Below, one piece after another: positions 43,297 through 44,813 of a DNA stretch of 44,813 bases. The notes under the pieces are model-generated. The model searched no databases. It had not been told where the DNA came from and saw nothing but the letters and a program-made list of their open reading frames with translations. This DNA is from Candidatus Fimenecus sp. (GTDB lineage Bacteria > Bacillota > Clostridia > Oscillospirales > Acutalibacteraceae), in NCBI GenBank assembly GCA_045534995.1, contig JAZSKT010000133.1, forward strand, positions 1 through 44,813. Direction: 5' to 3'. The number at the start of each line of letters is the position of its first letter. The stretch's first letter is position 1. The translations under genes were made by a program, and so were the position numbers.

Positions 43297-43653
43297 ATGG
43301 AAAGAACAGAACTTATGAAAAATATTGTTGCTACACTTGATAGCAAGAAGGCAACAAATATAAAATCACTCGAAATTACAGAACTTACTTCAGTTGCAGA
43401 CTTTTTTGTGATTGCAACAGGTACATCAGGCACTCATATCCGTGCTCTTTCTGACGAAGTTCAGGATGCTCTCACAAAGCAGGGCGTTGAACCAAGAAAT
43501 GTTGAGGGTAAATCAACAGGCTGGATTTTGCTTGACTACGGTACAGTTGTTGTTCACCTTTTCACACCAGACCAACGAGAGTTATACAGTTTGGAACATC
43601 TCTGGGGCGATGCTAAAGAGTATGACATCAGCACAATAGTTACAGAAGAATAA
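43297..43653 (+). CDS. rsfS: Ribosome silencing factor RsfS
   Basis: The 118-aa protein has DFFVIATGTSGTHIRALSDEV...GWILLDYGTVVVHLF...RELYSLEHLW. Confidence 0.9.
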   Translation: MERTELMKNIVATLDSKKATNIKSLEITELTSVADFFVIATGTSGTHIRALSDEVQDALTKQGVEPRNVEGKSTGWILLDYGTVVVHLFTPDQRELYSLEHLWGDAKEYDISTIVTEE

Positions 43654-43688
43654 ATCAGTAAAAAATATCTTTAAAGAAGGTTATATAT

Positions 43689-44813
43689 ATGAATTACGAT
43701 TTTAAAGCTGCCGAACAAAAATGGCAGGTAAAATGGGAAGAGGCAAAAGTTTTTGAGGCTCAGGATAATTCCGATAAGCCTAAATTCTATGGACTTGTTG
43801 AATTCCCATATCCATCAGGTGCAGGTATGCACGTTGGTCACATCAAGGCATACAGCGGTCTTGAGGTAGTGTCAAGAAAAAGAAGACTTAAGGGTTACAA
43901 TGTATTGTGCCCAATTGGTTTCGACGCTTATGGTCTTCCAACAGAAAACTATGCTATCAAGACAGGTATCCACCCAAGAAAAGTAACTGATATGAACATT
44001 GAAAAGTTCACAAGTCAGTTAAAGAGAGTTGGTTTTTCATTCGACTATTCAAGAGTAGTTGACACAACTGACGATAAGTACTATAAGTGGACACAGTGGA
44101 TTTTCCTTAAGATGTTTGAAAACGGTCTTGCTTTCCGTGACAAGACACTTGTAAACTATTGCCCATCTTGTAAGGTTGTTCTTTCAAATGAGGACTCACA
44201 GGGTGGTAAGTGCGATATTTGTCACAGCGATGTTGTTCAGAAGTCAAAGGATGTTTGGTATTTAAGAATTACAGAGTATGCTGACAAGCTTCTTGAAGGC
44301 TTAAATGATGTTGATTATCTTCCTAACATCAAACTTCAGCAGGTAAATTGGATTGGTAAATCACGCGGTGCATTCGTTAACTTCAACCTTAACGAAATTC
44401 CTGAGGAATTGAAGATTTACACAACTCGTCCTGACACTCTTTTTGGCGTAACATTTATGGTTATGGCGCCTGAACATCCAATTATTGACAAGTATGCGGA
44501 TAAGATTTCAAATATGGACGATATTCTTGCATATCGCACAGAGTGTGCAAAGAAAACAGAGTTTGAGCGTACACAGCTTGTAAAAGACAAGACAGGCGTT
44601 AAGATTGCAGGTATTACAGCGAAGAATCCTGTTAACGGTAAAGATATTCCTATTTACATATCTGACTATGTTATGATGGGTTACGGTACAGGTGCTATTA
44701 TGGCTGTGCCTGCACACGATGACCGTGACTATGATTTCGCAAAGAAATTTGGTATTGATATTATTGAGGTTATCAAGGGTGGTAACATCCAAGAAGCTGC
44801 ATATGCAGGTGAC
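43689..44813 (+). CDS. leuS: Leucine-tRNA ligase (3' end outside window)
   Basis: MNYDFKAAEQKWQVKWEEAKVF... is followed by the HIGH motif (GMHVGH) and the CP1/Zn region (CPSCKVV..CDICHS). RBS AAAGAAGG is upstream. The frame is open to the window end and is absent from the ORF track because it has no stop. Confidence 0.95.
   Translation, partial: MNYDFKAAEQKWQVKWEEAKVFEAQDNSDKPKFYGLVEFPYPSGAGMHVGHIKAYSGLEVVSRKRRLKGYNVLCPIGFDAYGLPTENYAIKTGIHPRKVTDMNIEKFTSQLKRVGFSFDYSRVVDTTDDKYYKWTQWIFLKMFENGLAFRDKTLVNYCPSCKVVLSNEDSQGGKCDICHSDVVQKSKDVWYLRITEYADKLLEGLNDVDYLPNIKLQQVNWIGKSRGAFVNFNLNEIPEELKIYTTRPDTLFGVTFMVMAPEHPIIDKYADKISNMDDILAYRTECAKKTEFERTQLVKDKTGVKIAGITAKNPVNGKDIPIYISDYVMMGYGTGAIMAVPAHDDRDYDFAKKFGIDIIEVIKGGNIQEAAYAGD

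Noticed and set aside
43654-43688. T-box leader upstream of leuS
   Set aside because: Only 35 nt separate rsfS and leuS, which is too short for a T-box. leuS appears to be co-transcribed with the yhbY-nadD-yqeK-rsfS genes.

Overview
The window is a chromosomal segment from a low-GC Gram-positive anaerobe. Gene content and synteny look clostridial, possibly Ruminococcaceae/Oscillospiraceae-like, but that taxonomic guess is weak. GC is roughly 40% by eye. About 85% of the window is housekeeping in classic Firmicute arrangements. On the minus strand: glnA, then ssrA(tmRNA)-smpB, then SRP RNA-dnaX-ybaB-recR. On the plus strand: infC-rpmI-rplT behind an L20-type leader, then trmH-dprA-topA-trmFO-rnc-rSAM-smc-ftsY-rdgB, then yhbY-nadD-yqeK-rsfS-leuS. 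Metabolic genes are interspersed: GH20 hexosaminidase, glpK, malic enzyme, ogg, pepP, a YqeG-type HAD phosphatase and rpsU. Three parts look accessory. (1) The left 7 kb holds a 5'-truncated giant fibro-slime/PA14 surface protein. It is followed by a tightly coupled operon: an 80-aa 4-Cys peptide, a stable hairpin, a lipoprotein, an HPr-kinase-like P-loop protein, a radical SAM/SPASM enzyme and a discrete PqqD-like protein. This is my best candidate for an uncharacterised RiPP-type peptide-modification system. (2) At 23.9-25.3 kb there is a very AT-rich two-gene islet: an orphan 232-aa protein and a divergent XRE regulator with a palindrome between them. It is wedged between rpsU and a PHP-domain gene. 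(3) Two copies of a ~75-bp double-hairpin inverted-repeat element lie 16 kb apart, and an unrelated palindromic element lies at 26.9 kb. I saw no tRNA, rRNA, CRISPR array, transposase or integrase. All calls come from reading the translations and sequence; no database searches were run.
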